42,277 nt of DNA from a virus. Taxonomy: Duplodnaviria; Caudoviricetes. Positions 1 to 8,500 of this stretch are shown piece by piece. The stretch lies in IMG/VR virus record IMGVR_UViG_3300020045_015493, positions 1 through 42,277 of that record. One strand, 5' to 3'. The notes beneath the pieces were generated by a model. The model was not told the DNA's origin and did not search any database. It saw only the letters and a list, made by a program, of their open reading frames with translations. Position 1 is the stretch's first letter; every line of letters begins with the position of its first letter. The position numbers and the translations under genes are program-made.

Positions 1-121
1 GCCTACAACGTCAAATGTAACCGAAGTAGCGGAATTAATATAGATGAATTATCAATTTACACTAAAAATTATAAAAATGGAAACACTTAAATTACAGCGA
101 GTAACCCGCTATTTTGGTTAC
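1..121. repeat. Terminal direct repeat (circular assembly overlap), identical to 42157-42277
   Basis: 121 nt GCCTACAAC...TTTTGGTTAC at both ends; 115 nt of it (7-121) also recur at 40165-40279. Confidence 0.95.
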
Positions 122-316
122 CGTCCCGCAGGTATGGAATCGGTTTTTTACGGATTTGAAACGATAAAATAAAATAATATTATGAATAAAATTGAGAAGG
201 CAATATTAACAGAACTTAATGAATGGGATTTATCTTGTTCTGAAGAACCAACCTTGAAAATAGAACTTGCTAAGGTATTGGGAAGAGTAGTAAAAAACTG
301 TTCTATACCTGCTGTT
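122..316 (+). repeat. attC-like hairpin site with a long coding loop; the AA of its AAC is missing
   Basis: GCAGGTATGGAATCGGTTTTTTAC (128-151) pairs with GTAAAAAACTGTTCTATACCTGC (290-312), followed by T-GTT at 314. Confidence 0.75.
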
Positions 317-415
317 ATAAAATCGGTTTGCGAACATGATTACCAGAAGGTTACAAAGTATGGTTATAAGTGTAAGAAATGTGGTAAGACAGGATTCTCC
401 CCAATACACGGGTGA
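182..415 (+). CDS. Cassette protein with a C-terminal Zn-ribbon-like module (CEH...CKKC); starts inside the hairpin loop
   Basis: ORF track; GTT at 314 is the in-frame Val of IPAV. Confidence 0.7.
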   Translation: MNKIEKAILTELNEWDLSCSEEPTLKIELAKVLGRVVKNCSIPAVIKSVCEHDYQKVTKYGYKCKKCGKTGFSPIHG

Positions 416-429
416 GCAAACTGTTTTAT

Positions 430-555
430 AACGTTCCGCAAATAAAACCAGTAAAAGATATGAAAGAAGAAATATTAAGCATTGCCAGCGACCTTAGAGA
501 AGGACACATCACTTCAAATGAAGCCAAACGCCTTTTATTTGTTTTATTTGGTGTT
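430..555 (+). repeat. attC-like hairpin site
   Basis: AAC 430-432; CAAATAAAACCAGTAAAAG (439-457) pairs with CTTTTATTTGTTTTATTTG (532-550); GTT 553. Confidence 0.8.
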
Positions 556-711
556 GGCAAATCGTTGCCGATTGGTGACGTAGAGATTTTATTAAAAGGA
601 CTTGAACATATTGGCAAATGGGGCGATGAAGAAGAAGAACGATGGGATGATCCAGGCGATTGTGCAATGGATACACTTACTCAATATCGTTATTCAATGA
701 GTATTCGTTAG
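460..711 (+). CDS. Hypothetical cassette protein; starts inside the hairpin loop
   Basis: ORF 412-711 with probable ATG at 460 (MKEEILS...); reads through GTT 553 in frame. Confidence 0.7.
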   Translation: MKEEILSIASDLREGHITSNEAKRLLFVLFGVGKSLPIGDVEILLKGLEHIGKWGDEEEERWDDPGDCAMDTLTQYRYSMSIR

Positions 712-723
712 GCAATGTTTGCC

Positions 724-806
724 AACGGCCGGGGCTAAACGCAGCCCTTTGTAGAATTTAATGTTAAACCACTGTCGCTGATCAGGGTTGCGTTTTAGCC
801 CTTGTT
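724..806 (+). repeat. attC-like hairpin site (short, 83 nt)
   Basis: AAC 724-726; GGGCTAAACGCAGCCCT pairs with AGGGTTGCGTTTTAGCCC (one bulged T); GTT 804. Confidence 0.85.
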
Positions 807-829
807 ACCGCCAGTTAATTTAAAAATCA

Positions 830-1015
830 ATGGGAGATTTATTAAGACAGTATAAAGGAAATCAGTCAAATTACGACTGCATTAAAAACGAAGTTCAAAA
901 TTTACTCGATGAACTTGAAAATGTAAATCGACTAAAAGTTAATAATGAATTTAGCGAGGAAGTTCTTAATCATATAAAAGAAATTAGACTGTCAATTATT
1001 TCTATTTCTGATTAA
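830..1015 (+). CDS. Hypothetical cassette protein
   Basis: 61-aa ORF bracketed by GTTACCGCCAGTTAAT / ATTAATTGGCGGTAAC. Confidence 0.75.
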   Translation: MGDLLRQYKGNQSNYDCIKNEVQNLLDELENVNRLKVNNEFSEEVLNHIKEIRLSIISISD

Positions 1016-1061
1016 TTGGCGGTAACTCGTTACTACACGCTATAAAATCATATCAAAAAAC

Positions 1062-1256
1062 ATGAAACCAATTGATTTTCAATTTACTTACAAAAAACAA
1101 ATTGGATTTACAGAAATTCAGCACAAAACATTGATAAAACTGGAAGGTTACAATGTAAATGTTTGCCAATTCATCAGGGATGCCATAAAAGAAAAAATTC
1201 AACGTGAATGGAAACAAATTAAAGAGTCTAAAATTAAAGAATACTGCCCATTTTAA
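1062..1256 (+). CDS. Small putative DNA-binding protein (ribbon-helix-helix-like)
   Basis: 64 aa; strand-helix-helix pattern with NVCQFIRDAIKEKI. Confidence 0.55.
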   Translation: MKPIDFQFTYKKQIGFTEIQHKTLIKLEGYNVNVCQFIRDAIKEKIQREWKQIKESKIKEYCPF

Positions 1257-1308
1257 AAATAAATGTATCTTTTTTAAAAAAAAATGTATTTTATATTAAA
1301 ATAATTTG

Positions 1309-1316
1309 TATATTTG
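1309..1316 (+). promoter_or_regulatory. Bacteroidota -7 promoter box for the early/replication operon
   Basis: TATATTTG matches TAnnTTTG in an AT-rich intergenic region 40 nt before ORF 1356; -33 box is weak. Confidence 0.55.
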
Positions 1317-1355
1317 AAGAGTGGAATTTTAGTATTAATTTAAAAACTTGCAAAA

Positions 1356-1544
1356 ATGAAAACATTATCAGAAATTAAGTACGAAGCTGAACAATCAATT
1401 ATTATATTCAGTGATTGTTCTAATGATTTTAAAAAATGTGAAAGAATTCATTTGTTTGTGGATTCTATTTTTGGAAGATATCAACAGGTTTTATTATCTG
1501 ATCTTGATAAAGCGATAAACACGTTTAAAACTTTTTTAAAATAA
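1356..1544 (+). CDS. Hypothetical protein
   Basis: 62-aa ORF downstream of the promoter with an A-rich leader. Confidence 0.7.
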   Translation: MKTLSEIKYEAEQSIIIFSDCSNDFKKCERIHLFVDSIFGRYQQVLLSDLDKAINTFKTFLK

Positions 1545-1582
1545 CTCGCCTGGTTTCCTGCAAGTTTTCCTTGCTGGTTCGA

Positions 1583-1610
1583 GCCGGGTATCTGAAAAGA
1601 ACCCGGTTTT
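1583..1610 (+). terminator. Possible intrinsic terminator or attenuator hairpin
   Basis: GCCGGGT(A)TCT-GAAA-AGAACCCGGT followed by TTT. Confidence 0.45.
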
Positions 1611-1635
1611 GGCGGTGAAAATAATAAGTAAAATT

Positions 1636-1911
1636 ATGAATTTATCAGAGCGTTATAAAAAACTCGATCTGGAAACAAAAAAAAGATGGAGGCAATTGGT
1701 AAAAACAGTTTGCAACTTAGAAGAAAAAAGCGTCGATCAATATTTATCTGATTGGACGCGTGTACGGAGAAAGAACCGCCAACCTATCGCAATGGCTTTA
1801 GGGATTGAAAAAAACGAGTTATTCCCAGAGGGCGAAATGGAAAAGAATGTCTTAACTGCTATAATTTTATTTGGTGCGGCTTTTTTACTTGACGAAATAC
1901 AAAAATCATGA
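1636..1911 (+). CDS. Putative Cro/HTH-like regulator
   Basis: ORF 1609-1911 with probable ATG at 1636; contains IAMALGIEKNELFPE, typical of an XRE/Cro final helix. Confidence 0.5.
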   Translation: MNLSERYKKLDLETKKRWRQLVKTVCNLEEKSVDQYLSDWTRVRRKNRQPIAMALGIEKNELFPEGEMEKNVLTAIILFGAAFLLDEIQKS

Positions 1912-2006
1912 CAAAGCAAAGTCAATCATTACGGTTTACGATGCCTGTACGATGGCGTTTGATAGGATGAATGAACAGTTCCGTGGTTATAATTTTTGCA
2001 GCCTTG

Positions 2007-2043
2007 GTTTCAATCCTTGTTTTGATGGATGGTAGTTTCAGAG
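2007..2043 (-). CRISPR. Solitary CRISPR-repeat-like unit (37 bp)
   Basis: Minus strand reads CTCTGAAACTACCATCCATCAAAACAAGGATTGAAAC: ATTGAAAC 3' end and an ATCC/GGAT hairpin; intergenic; no cas genes seen. Confidence 0.65.
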
Positions 2044-2194
2044 TAGGAAAAGTGGAGGCAAAGGGAAAAGTCCCCGTTTTAAAAAAAAGTTAATTAATGA
2101 AAATAAAATATTTATATGGGCTTTATTGTGGAAATTATGCCACTCGATTTGAGTGCGAAAAATATTATTTTGTTTTATTTAATAATTAAAAACT

Positions 2195-4102
2195 ATGAAA
2201 ATCAAAATCAGAAAATTTATGGAGCTTTCAGATGTAAATTTTGAAACTCCGGTAAAAATTGAAGCTGGCCACGATGTTGGGAAATCGACAATCTTCAGGG
2301 CTGTTTTATTTGCCATTACTGGAAAGGATATTGACGGCAAGGAATTTGACGGGCGAATATATCCCAAAAAATCTCAATCGCTTTCAGATTTGAATGCCGA
2401 AGTTGAAATTGAACAAAATGGTGTTGTTTTCAACAAAAAAGCAAACGGCAGTGAAAAACGGCAAAAAGGAAGCGATGAAACCGAATTGCAACGGTCGGTA
2501 ACTTCTATTTATTCGATCGATTTTCGAGTTGTCGGAAAGGCTGAATATGATGCCAAAATTTTAGAAGTGTTCGGAAACTTCCATCTTTTTTGCAACCCCG
2601 ATTATTTTCGCAACTTGAAAAAAGAGGACAAAAGAACTATTTTTGCAAGCCTTGTAAAACTTGACAAAAATAGCTACTTCAACGGGCTTTCTGACAAAAA
2701 AACCGTTTCTGGAAAAATCAAAGCGCAAAAAGATGAAATCGACAATTGTAATGCGAAATTATCTGAATTTTCAAAAGTCCATGAGCCGGAAAAAATTGAG
2801 GTTGTGGATTATGATTCTCAACTTGCAGAATTGAGAAAACAACGGGAAAATGCAGAACCGAAATTTACAGATCAGCAATTGAAAGAAAACGATGCAATTA
2901 ATAGGCAAATTTATTTTCTTGAAAAAGAAATATTTATCCCTGAAAAATTCATTCCGCTTTTGCCCGAAATTGAAAAACCTGCTTTGATCGATGTCGATGC
3001 TTTGGAAAAAAAACTTGAAAAAACTCAATTGTCAGAGCCGGATACGGTTTTTATAGATACACAAATTGAGCGAATGAAGGTTAAAATTTCGCAGATAAAA
3101 TCGCTGACTTTGCAGATTGAAAACTACGAAGAAAACGTAAAATCTGCAAAATGTACGTTATGCCAGGTTTGCACGGCCCCGGATTGCCAATTCAAAAAAA
3201 TCGAAATTACTCCGTTGGAAGATTTAAAAAATGAACTTTCAAAATTCATGTCGCTTTTCGATGCTGAAAAGTCACTTGAAAATTTTGAAAGTAAAAAAAT
3301 TGACTATCTCCGGGATTTTGAAGCCAACAAAAATGAAATGATTGCCAGCATTGAACGAGCTATTTCTGATTCAATCAAAAGAAATTCAGATTCATTGGAT
3401 GTTTTTGAATTGAGGTCAGCCGATATTAATGCAATAAATGCCGGAATAGTTGATGAGAATTTCGATATCAATAAAGGCAATTTAAGAATAAAAGCCAATT
3501 TTGAAACCGAAAAAGCACAAAAAATTGCAGACCTTAAAAAACAACTTCACACTTTGCCGGCTTTCGATTATTCTGAAATTGACGATCAAATTGAACAAAT
3601 TGAAAGCTACAATACCTGTCAACAAAATCAAATCGACGGCTATAATGAACTTAACGGGGCTTACATTTACGCTCAAAATCGTACCGTCGTTTTATCGAAT
3701 GATTTGAAACTAATGAAAGAAGCACTTTACGCTTCAGAGCGGGAACTCATCAAAATAGAAAAAGCTGAAAACGATTATTACAATGATTTTGAAAATTTAA
3801 TTAATGCCGAAATGCCAGAAAATGTGCGGGTATCGCTTTTCAAAAAGAACTTGTCGAACGATGACCGCTCTGATGTTTTTGAAATTGAATTTGATGGGTC
3901 TATTTATGCCGGAAATGGTAAAACTATTTCTTTCTATATTTGGCTTTGCTCCTGGTTTCAGTCAAAATTTGAGAAAGACCTGCCTATCTTCATTGACGAG
4001 GCGATAATCCTGAATGAGAAACTTTACACCGATGTAAAAAATACGGTTATCTTGATGCGAAATGATGAATGTAAAACGCTTAAAATTTCGCAAAATGTCT
4101 GA
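2195..4102 (+). CDS. SbcC/Rad50-like (SMC-type) coiled-coil ATPase
   Basis: Walker A GHDVGKST, long coiled coil with central CTLC..C...C hook, C-terminal Walker B PIFIDE. Confidence 0.85.
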   Translation: MKIKIRKFMELSDVNFETPVKIEAGHDVGKSTIFRAVLFAITGKDIDGKEFDGRIYPKKSQSLSDLNAEVEIEQNGVVFNKKANGSEKRQKGSDETELQRSVTSIYSIDFRVVGKAEYDAKILEVFGNFHLFCNPDYFRNLKKEDKRTIFASLVKLDKNSYFNGLSDKKTVSGKIKAQKDEIDNCNAKLSEFSKVHEPEKIEVVDYDSQLAELRKQRENAEPKFTDQQLKENDAINRQIYFLEKEIFIPEKFIPLLPEIEKPALIDVDALEKKLEKTQLSEPDTVFIDTQIERMKVKISQIKSLTLQIENYEENVKSAKCTLCQVCTAPDCQFKKIEITPLEDLKNELSKFMSLFDAEKSLENFESKKIDYLRDFEANKNEMIASIERAISDSIKRNSDSLDVFELRSADINAINAGIVDENFDINKGNLRIKANFETEKAQKIADLKKQLHTLPAFDYSEIDDQIEQIESYNTCQQNQIDGYNELNGAYIYAQNRTVVLSNDLKLMKEALYASERELIKIEKAENDYYNDFENLINAEMPENVRVSLFKKNLSNDDRSDVFEIEFDGSIYAGNGKTISFYIWLCSWFQSKFEKDLPIFIDEAIILNEKLYTDVKNTVILMRNDECKTLKISQNV

Positions 4103-4320
4103 TATTAAAACAAGATTTTCATTTGATCAAAAAGTTTGGTTGATGAAAGATAACAAGACTGAAAATTCAACTATTTCTGTCATAGATGTCAAAAAATACA
4201 AATCTGGGTATCAACAGGAGAAATATGAGCTTTCGGGAATAATAGGAATTTATGATTCTATTTTGCTTTTTGAATCGAAAGAGGAACTTTTAAAATCATT
4301 GTAAAACGCTTAAAATTTCG
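4070..4320. repeat. 21-bp direct repeat flanking gene 4095-4304
   Basis: TGTAAAACGCTTAAAATTTCG at 4070-4090 and 4300-4320. Confidence 0.9.
4095..4304 (+). CDS. Small hypothetical phage protein
   Basis: ORF 4062-4304 with probable ATG at 4095; similar to the C-terminal half of 5534-6022. Confidence 0.7.
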   Translation: MSDIKTRFSFDQKVWLMKDNKTENSTISVIDVKKYKSGYQQEKYELSGIIGIYDSILLFESKEELLKSL

Positions 4321-4325
4321 GAGCT

Positions 4326-4580
4326 ATGAGAGCAATAGTCGATGTACATGGAATTTGTATTGATAATATTGATTCTTTTCGGAAAAGTGCTGAAAACGAT
4401 GAAGGGTTTGAAATCATGATATATAAATCAGGAAAAGATGTGGGAGTGTGGCTTCGGTCCTGTTTTACTGAAAAAGATGCAATAATTATGTTTGACTTGT
4501 CAAGAAAAAACGCAATTTTTTTAGGTCATGCGCTCATCGGTATTTCAAAGACAGTTAAAAGAAAAAATAATAAAAAATGA
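4326..4580 (+). CDS. Hypothetical protein
   Basis: 84-aa ORF within the operon. Confidence 0.7.
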   Translation: MRAIVDVHGICIDNIDSFRKSAENDEGFEIMIYKSGKDVGVWLRSCFTEKDAIIMFDLSRKNAIFLGHALIGISKTVKRKNNKK

Positions 4581-4731
4581 AAGAATCCGACCTTTTCTCC
4601 TTTATTCAGCAACATTTCAAAATCGTTATTGAATACCGGATCGAAAACAAAAGACACCGACATTTTATAAATGAGAAAAACGTTCAAAAATTAGCAGTAT
4701 TAAAAAATTAACAATTTAAAATCATAAAGTT

Positions 4732-5553
4732 ATGAATGAATTAAAACCACTTGGGGAAATCCCCAAAAAAGAATCTGAAAAAGTTCAAGAAGTAAAACCG
4801 ACAACAGAGGACGTTAAAAGAGCGGTCGAAAAACAGGTAAAAGAAGTTTGTAATCCTGAAAAACCTGAAAGTTTCAGCCTGTTGCGAAAAATAAACGGGG
4901 AATTGTTTTTTGAACTTGAATTTTCAACTGGCAAATTGGTTGTTTCGGAATCAAAATGCAACCAGCTAATTCCTGAATTTAAAAAAATGACACCGGAGCA
5001 AAAAGAAACATTTTTAATGCAAGCCGCAATTTTCGGAGCAAATCCATTTAGTGTACCTCCAGAAATTTACCCGCTTCCATTTGAATCGAATGGAGTAACA
5101 ATTATCGCCCCGGTGATTTCGGCAAAAAAGTACATTAATAAAGGGATGGAAAATCCGCAATTTGATGGAATGAAATCAGGGGTTGTGATCGAAAAACAGG
5201 ATGGCAGTTTTGATTTTCGCAGAGGCCAAGTTTTCGGGAAAACAGAAATTTTGAAAGGCGGTTGGGCAGAGGTTTTTATCAAAGGATTGAGGGAACCGAT
5301 TTTTAGGAGCGTAAATATCGAGGAGTTCCAAATGCGAAAAAAAGATGGGACACTTAATAAATTTTGGAACGAAACATCTGGAAAGCCAGCTTTAATGATT
5401 GAAAAAGTCGCTCAAAAGCAAGCGATGGAGATAGCGATGCAAATGCCAAAAACCTACATTGCAGAAGAACTCCCGGTCATCGACATTGAACACGAAGATT
5501 TGACAAATCAAAAAGCCATTCCGGCAAACAACGATGAATTTTTTAATAAGTAA
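4732..5553 (+). CDS. bet: RecT/Bet-family single-strand annealing protein
   Basis: Motifs NPF..EIY, FDGMKSGVV, GGWAEV and W..KPALMIEKVA; located between the SbcC-like and MBL genes. Confidence 0.85.
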   Translation: MNELKPLGEIPKKESEKVQEVKPTTEDVKRAVEKQVKEVCNPEKPESFSLLRKINGELFFELEFSTGKLVVSESKCNQLIPEFKKMTPEQKETFLMQAAIFGANPFSVPPEIYPLPFESNGVTIIAPVISAKKYINKGMENPQFDGMKSGVVIEKQDGSFDFRRGQVFGKTEILKGGWAEVFIKGLREPIFRSVNIEEFQMRKKDGTLNKFWNETSGKPALMIEKVAQKQAMEIAMQMPKTYIAEELPVIDIEHEDLTNQKAIPANNDEFFNK

Positions 5554-6022
5554 AATGGAAATTGAAGACATCGAATTGCTATTTAAAACCGAAAGTTTCA
5601 TTGACGAAATTAATTGTGGTGGGGAAAACATAGGAGTTATGTTCTTACAAAAACATATTCTTAAATTTTACCCAAATGAAACGATCAGAGATATGCGCGA
5701 ATATATTAGAATTATTTTTCGTATTCCCCGCCTTCAACACTTTATTAAAAGGTCTCAAATTATTTTAAAACTAAATGAAATGAAAAAAATGAAAATTGAA
5801 ACAAAATACGAAGTAGGGCAAAAAGTTTTTTATCTCGAAGGTACTAAACTGGTTGAAGATACAATTCATTCGATAAAGATCGAAGTAACCAAAGATAAAA
5901 TTGAAATAAAATACTGGTTTTTCGATGAAAATAAAATTACTGATCGATTCCAATCAAGGCTTGAAGAATTGGTTTTTTTCTCAAAATTGCAGTTTTTGAA
6001 CCAATTAAGTAACCAAGGATGA
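5534..6022 (+). CDS. Hypothetical protein, possibly two fused genes
   Basis: ORF track; internal MKKMKIETKYEVGQKV begins a domain like 4095-4304. Confidence 0.6.
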   Translation: MNFLISKMEIEDIELLFKTESFIDEINCGGENIGVMFLQKHILKFYPNETIRDMREYIRIIFRIPRLQHFIKRSQIILKLNEMKKMKIETKYEVGQKVFYLEGTKLVEDTIHSIKIEVTKDKIEIKYWFFDENKITDRFQSRLEELVFFSKLQFLNQLSNQG

Positions 6023-6675
6023 TTTTTACTTGTTTGTCGACCGGGAGCGACGGTAACGCCTATATTTTAGAATCCAAAAATTCAATTTTGATAATTGAAG
6101 CCGGGAAAGGGACTTTTAAAAAAATATTGGCGGCTATTCCAGATAATAAAAAAGTGGTGGGAGTTATACACTCCCACCAACATTCTGACCATTTTGGAGA
6201 TGTCGAAAAAATATCCAAAATATTCGACATTTTACAATTTACTGAAAATCGTTTTGAGGATAAAAATTTCATAATCAAAAGATTTTTAGTTTGGCATAAT
6301 GTCGAATGTTTTGGATTTGCGATTTTTTGCAAGGAAGAAAAAAAGACACTTGTTTTTATGACTGACTTTGCGAAGGTGATCGACAAATCAGCCTATAATT
6401 TGAAGGTCGATTTTTTAGCAATAGAATTAAGTTATAATTCAATGCTATACGCTTCTTTGACCGAAGATCAAAAAATAGGGCTTGAATGGCATTGCAGCGA
6501 TTTTCACGCAATAGGAATCATGCGAAAATTTTTTGACCGAAATAGCAACATGAAGGCGATAACACTTCACAAGTCCGACAGGGCTTGCAACTATGCTTTG
6601 ACAAATCGGGCATTATATAAAAATTTCGGACTTCGTGCTGAAATTGTGAGTATTGGAAGAAAATATTATTTTTAA
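6019..6675 (+). CDS. Metallo-beta-lactamase-fold hydrolase (YycJ-like nuclease)
   Basis: STGSDGNAYIL, HSHQHSDH (HxHxDH), downstream H and TD motifs. Confidence 0.85.
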   Translation: MIFTCLSTGSDGNAYILESKNSILIIEAGKGTFKKILAAIPDNKKVVGVIHSHQHSDHFGDVEKISKIFDILQFTENRFEDKNFIIKRFLVWHNVECFGFAIFCKEEKKTLVFMTDFAKVIDKSAYNLKVDFLAIELSYNSMLYASLTEDQKIGLEWHCSDFHAIGIMRKFFDRNSNMKAITLHKSDRACNYALTNRALYKNFGLRAEIVSIGRKYYF

Positions 6676-6699
6676 AAACAACTAAAAGAAAATTAAATT

Positions 6700-7341
6700 A
6701 TGCAAAATGAATTAGTTTACAGACCAGCCAACATTGAATTTGATGTAGCAAACAATTCGATTGTTCCTGACAATTTGGGGCATTTTGAAAGTGCAAAAGA
6801 AGCAATGGATTTTATCCATTCAAAAATGACAGCTGTCAATCAAAAATTGACAGTATGCAGGTTTATGGATAACTTTGAGAAAAACGAAATTCGCAAAGAA
6901 TATTCAGAATTGCTCGAGACAAAATTACCATTCCTTGAAAAGGAATTACAAAAAGCATCATCCGTTTATGCTCAAGCAAAAAAAGAATTTTCCGAAGCAC
7001 AGGAGTATGTTAATGCAACTACGAATGAAGCAAAGGCTCTGGCAGTTGAGGTAAAAAGAGGCGTAAAAGATATTTCACTTGATGATCAATTCACATGGAG
7101 GGCTGCTTATGATGGAAAGTATTATTTTTATACTTTCATAGATAATCAGATAAAACTATGCAAAATTCAGGATATTCCTGATTTTGAAAAACAGACACTT
7201 TGGAATGCAATGGCTGATAATGAGTCATTTTTTACTGGAAAAATTAAATCCGAAAATGAAGTAGAAAAAGTCACAAATGAAATTAAAAAGATGGTTAAAG
7301 CCGGAGCCTTGAAAATTACATCAAATAAAAAAGGTGAGTAG
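6700..7341 (+). CDS. Hypothetical phage protein with a coiled coil
   Basis: 213-aa ORF in the operon. Confidence 0.75.
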   Translation: MQNELVYRPANIEFDVANNSIVPDNLGHFESAKEAMDFIHSKMTAVNQKLTVCRFMDNFEKNEIRKEYSELLETKLPFLEKELQKASSVYAQAKKEFSEAQEYVNATTNEAKALAVEVKRGVKDISLDDQFTWRAAYDGKYYFYTFIDNQIKLCKIQDIPDFEKQTLWNAMADNESFFTGKIKSENEVEKVTNEIKKMVKAGALKITSNKKGE

Positions 7342-7579
7342 GCTTCAACATAAGAGGGGGCGCAAATCAAATTATGCCCTCTCTTTAAATTCTGAATATT
7401 GGAAAGAGGTTCGACAAAGAATTTTGGCACGTGATCGAAAATGTGCCAAATGTGGCTCGATCCTTTTTCTTGAAGTTCATCACAAAACATACAAAAGTAT
7501 TGGCAATGAACTGGAGCATTTAGGAGATTTGATTTTACTTTGCTCAGATTGTCATAAAAACGAACATCAAAAAAAATAG
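7334..7579 (+). CDS. HNH endonuclease
   Basis: RD..CAKCG...LEVHH...LLCSDCHKNEH. Confidence 0.85.
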   Translation: MSRLQHKRGRKSNYALSLNSEYWKEVRQRILARDRKCAKCGSILFLEVHHKTYKSIGNELEHLGDLILLCSDCHKNEHQKK

Positions 7580-7583
7580 AAAA

Positions 7584-8162
7584 ATGAAACTAATTTTAAG
7601 AAATGTAAAAATTTATGGGTTTGACCCGACATCTTACCGGAATTCTGAATATGACGGCAAAACTTCAAAGCAGTATAACGTGCCTCTTTATATTTCCGAA
7701 AATGATAAAAATTTGATTGATAGCTATATTTTTGGAAAAACATCTAAAAACGAAAAGGACGAATTTGTTTTTTACGGAACGTCGAAAACACCAATTCCTT
7801 TTTTTGACGAAACTGGTAAAAAAACCAGTAAAATAATTAACGAGGTTTTTTTAGCCGATGTTTCAATTTTGATTGATGAGTTTCAGAAAAAAAATAAATC
7901 AGGGGAATTGGAATTTGAAGAAGATGGAAGCCCGAGAATAGTTCGTTATTCAAAATGCCTGGGGATTCGCTACATTTCAAAAATTGAAAATGAAGCCCCA
8001 AAAATACCGCCTAAATCATACGATACTTATGAGGATATTTTTGGCGGCGAAGATGTTATTCAGTCGGATTCTGTGAAAAAACCTATATTTAAAGAGGTGA
8101 AAAACAATCTTATTGAAGATGTAGAACCAGAAGAAAGCAAACCGGACGACTTACCATTTTAA
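7584..8162 (+). CDS. Putative single-stranded DNA-binding protein
   Basis: Beta-rich N-terminus, acidic tail ending DDLPF, replication context. Confidence 0.6.
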   Translation: MKLILRNVKIYGFDPTSYRNSEYDGKTSKQYNVPLYISENDKNLIDSYIFGKTSKNEKDEFVFYGTSKTPIPFFDETGKKTSKIINEVFLADVSILIDEFQKKNKSGELEFEEDGSPRIVRYSKCLGIRYISKIENEAPKIPPKSYDTYEDIFGGEDVIQSDSVKKPIFKEVKNNLIEDVEPEESKPDDLPF

Positions 8163-8275
8163 AGATTAAAACTATGATTACGTTTATTATTGTATTTTTA
8201 ACGCTTTTGCCAGCCCCAATAATTGGTTGGATGTGGATTAAACATTTTAGAATAACAAGAAAATAATTTAAAATC

Positions 8276-8488
8276 ATGGAAGATTCAAGAAAATCTCACA
8301 AAAGAGAACAAACAAAATTTTTTAAAAATGTATATGTCGAATTTTTAAAAGACAATAAAGGATACTCAAATCCTCTGGATTATATTGAAGGTGTTTACGA
8401 AGGAGATAAAAATTATTGGGCAAAAGTCGCCCGGTGGGCTGGATTCAAGTGTATAAAAAGAAACGGAGTTTTTTATTTTGAAGCCTAA
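8276..8488 (+). CDS. Hypothetical protein
   Basis: 70-aa ORF. Confidence 0.7.
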   Translation: MEDSRKSHKREQTKFFKNVYVEFLKDNKGYSNPLDYIEGVYEGDKNYWAKVARWAGFKCIKRNGVFYFEA

Positions 8489-8500
8489 AAAATATAGGCT

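Larger units (their letters stand above)
1..1033 (+). mobile_element. Integron-like cassette array, right part (continues from 38149-42277 across the circular junction)
   Basis: Hairpin sites at 7-121, 122-316, 430-555 and 724-806; gene-flanking inverted repeats 314-331/416-432, 553-569/711-726 and 804-819/1011-1026. Confidence 0.8.

Noticed and set aside
1-121. Biological terminal repeats of the virion DNA
   Set aside because: The length and position inside a cassette site that is also repeated internally fit an assembler k-mer overlap better; raw reads are needed.
1545-1610. tRNA (GGTTCGAGCC T-loop-like motif)
   Set aside because: No T-stem, acceptor stem or anticodon arm can be built.
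6019-6675. Antibiotic-resistance beta-lactamase
   Set aside because: No signal peptide, YycJ-like N-terminus and recombination-operon context indicate a nuclease or hydrolase.
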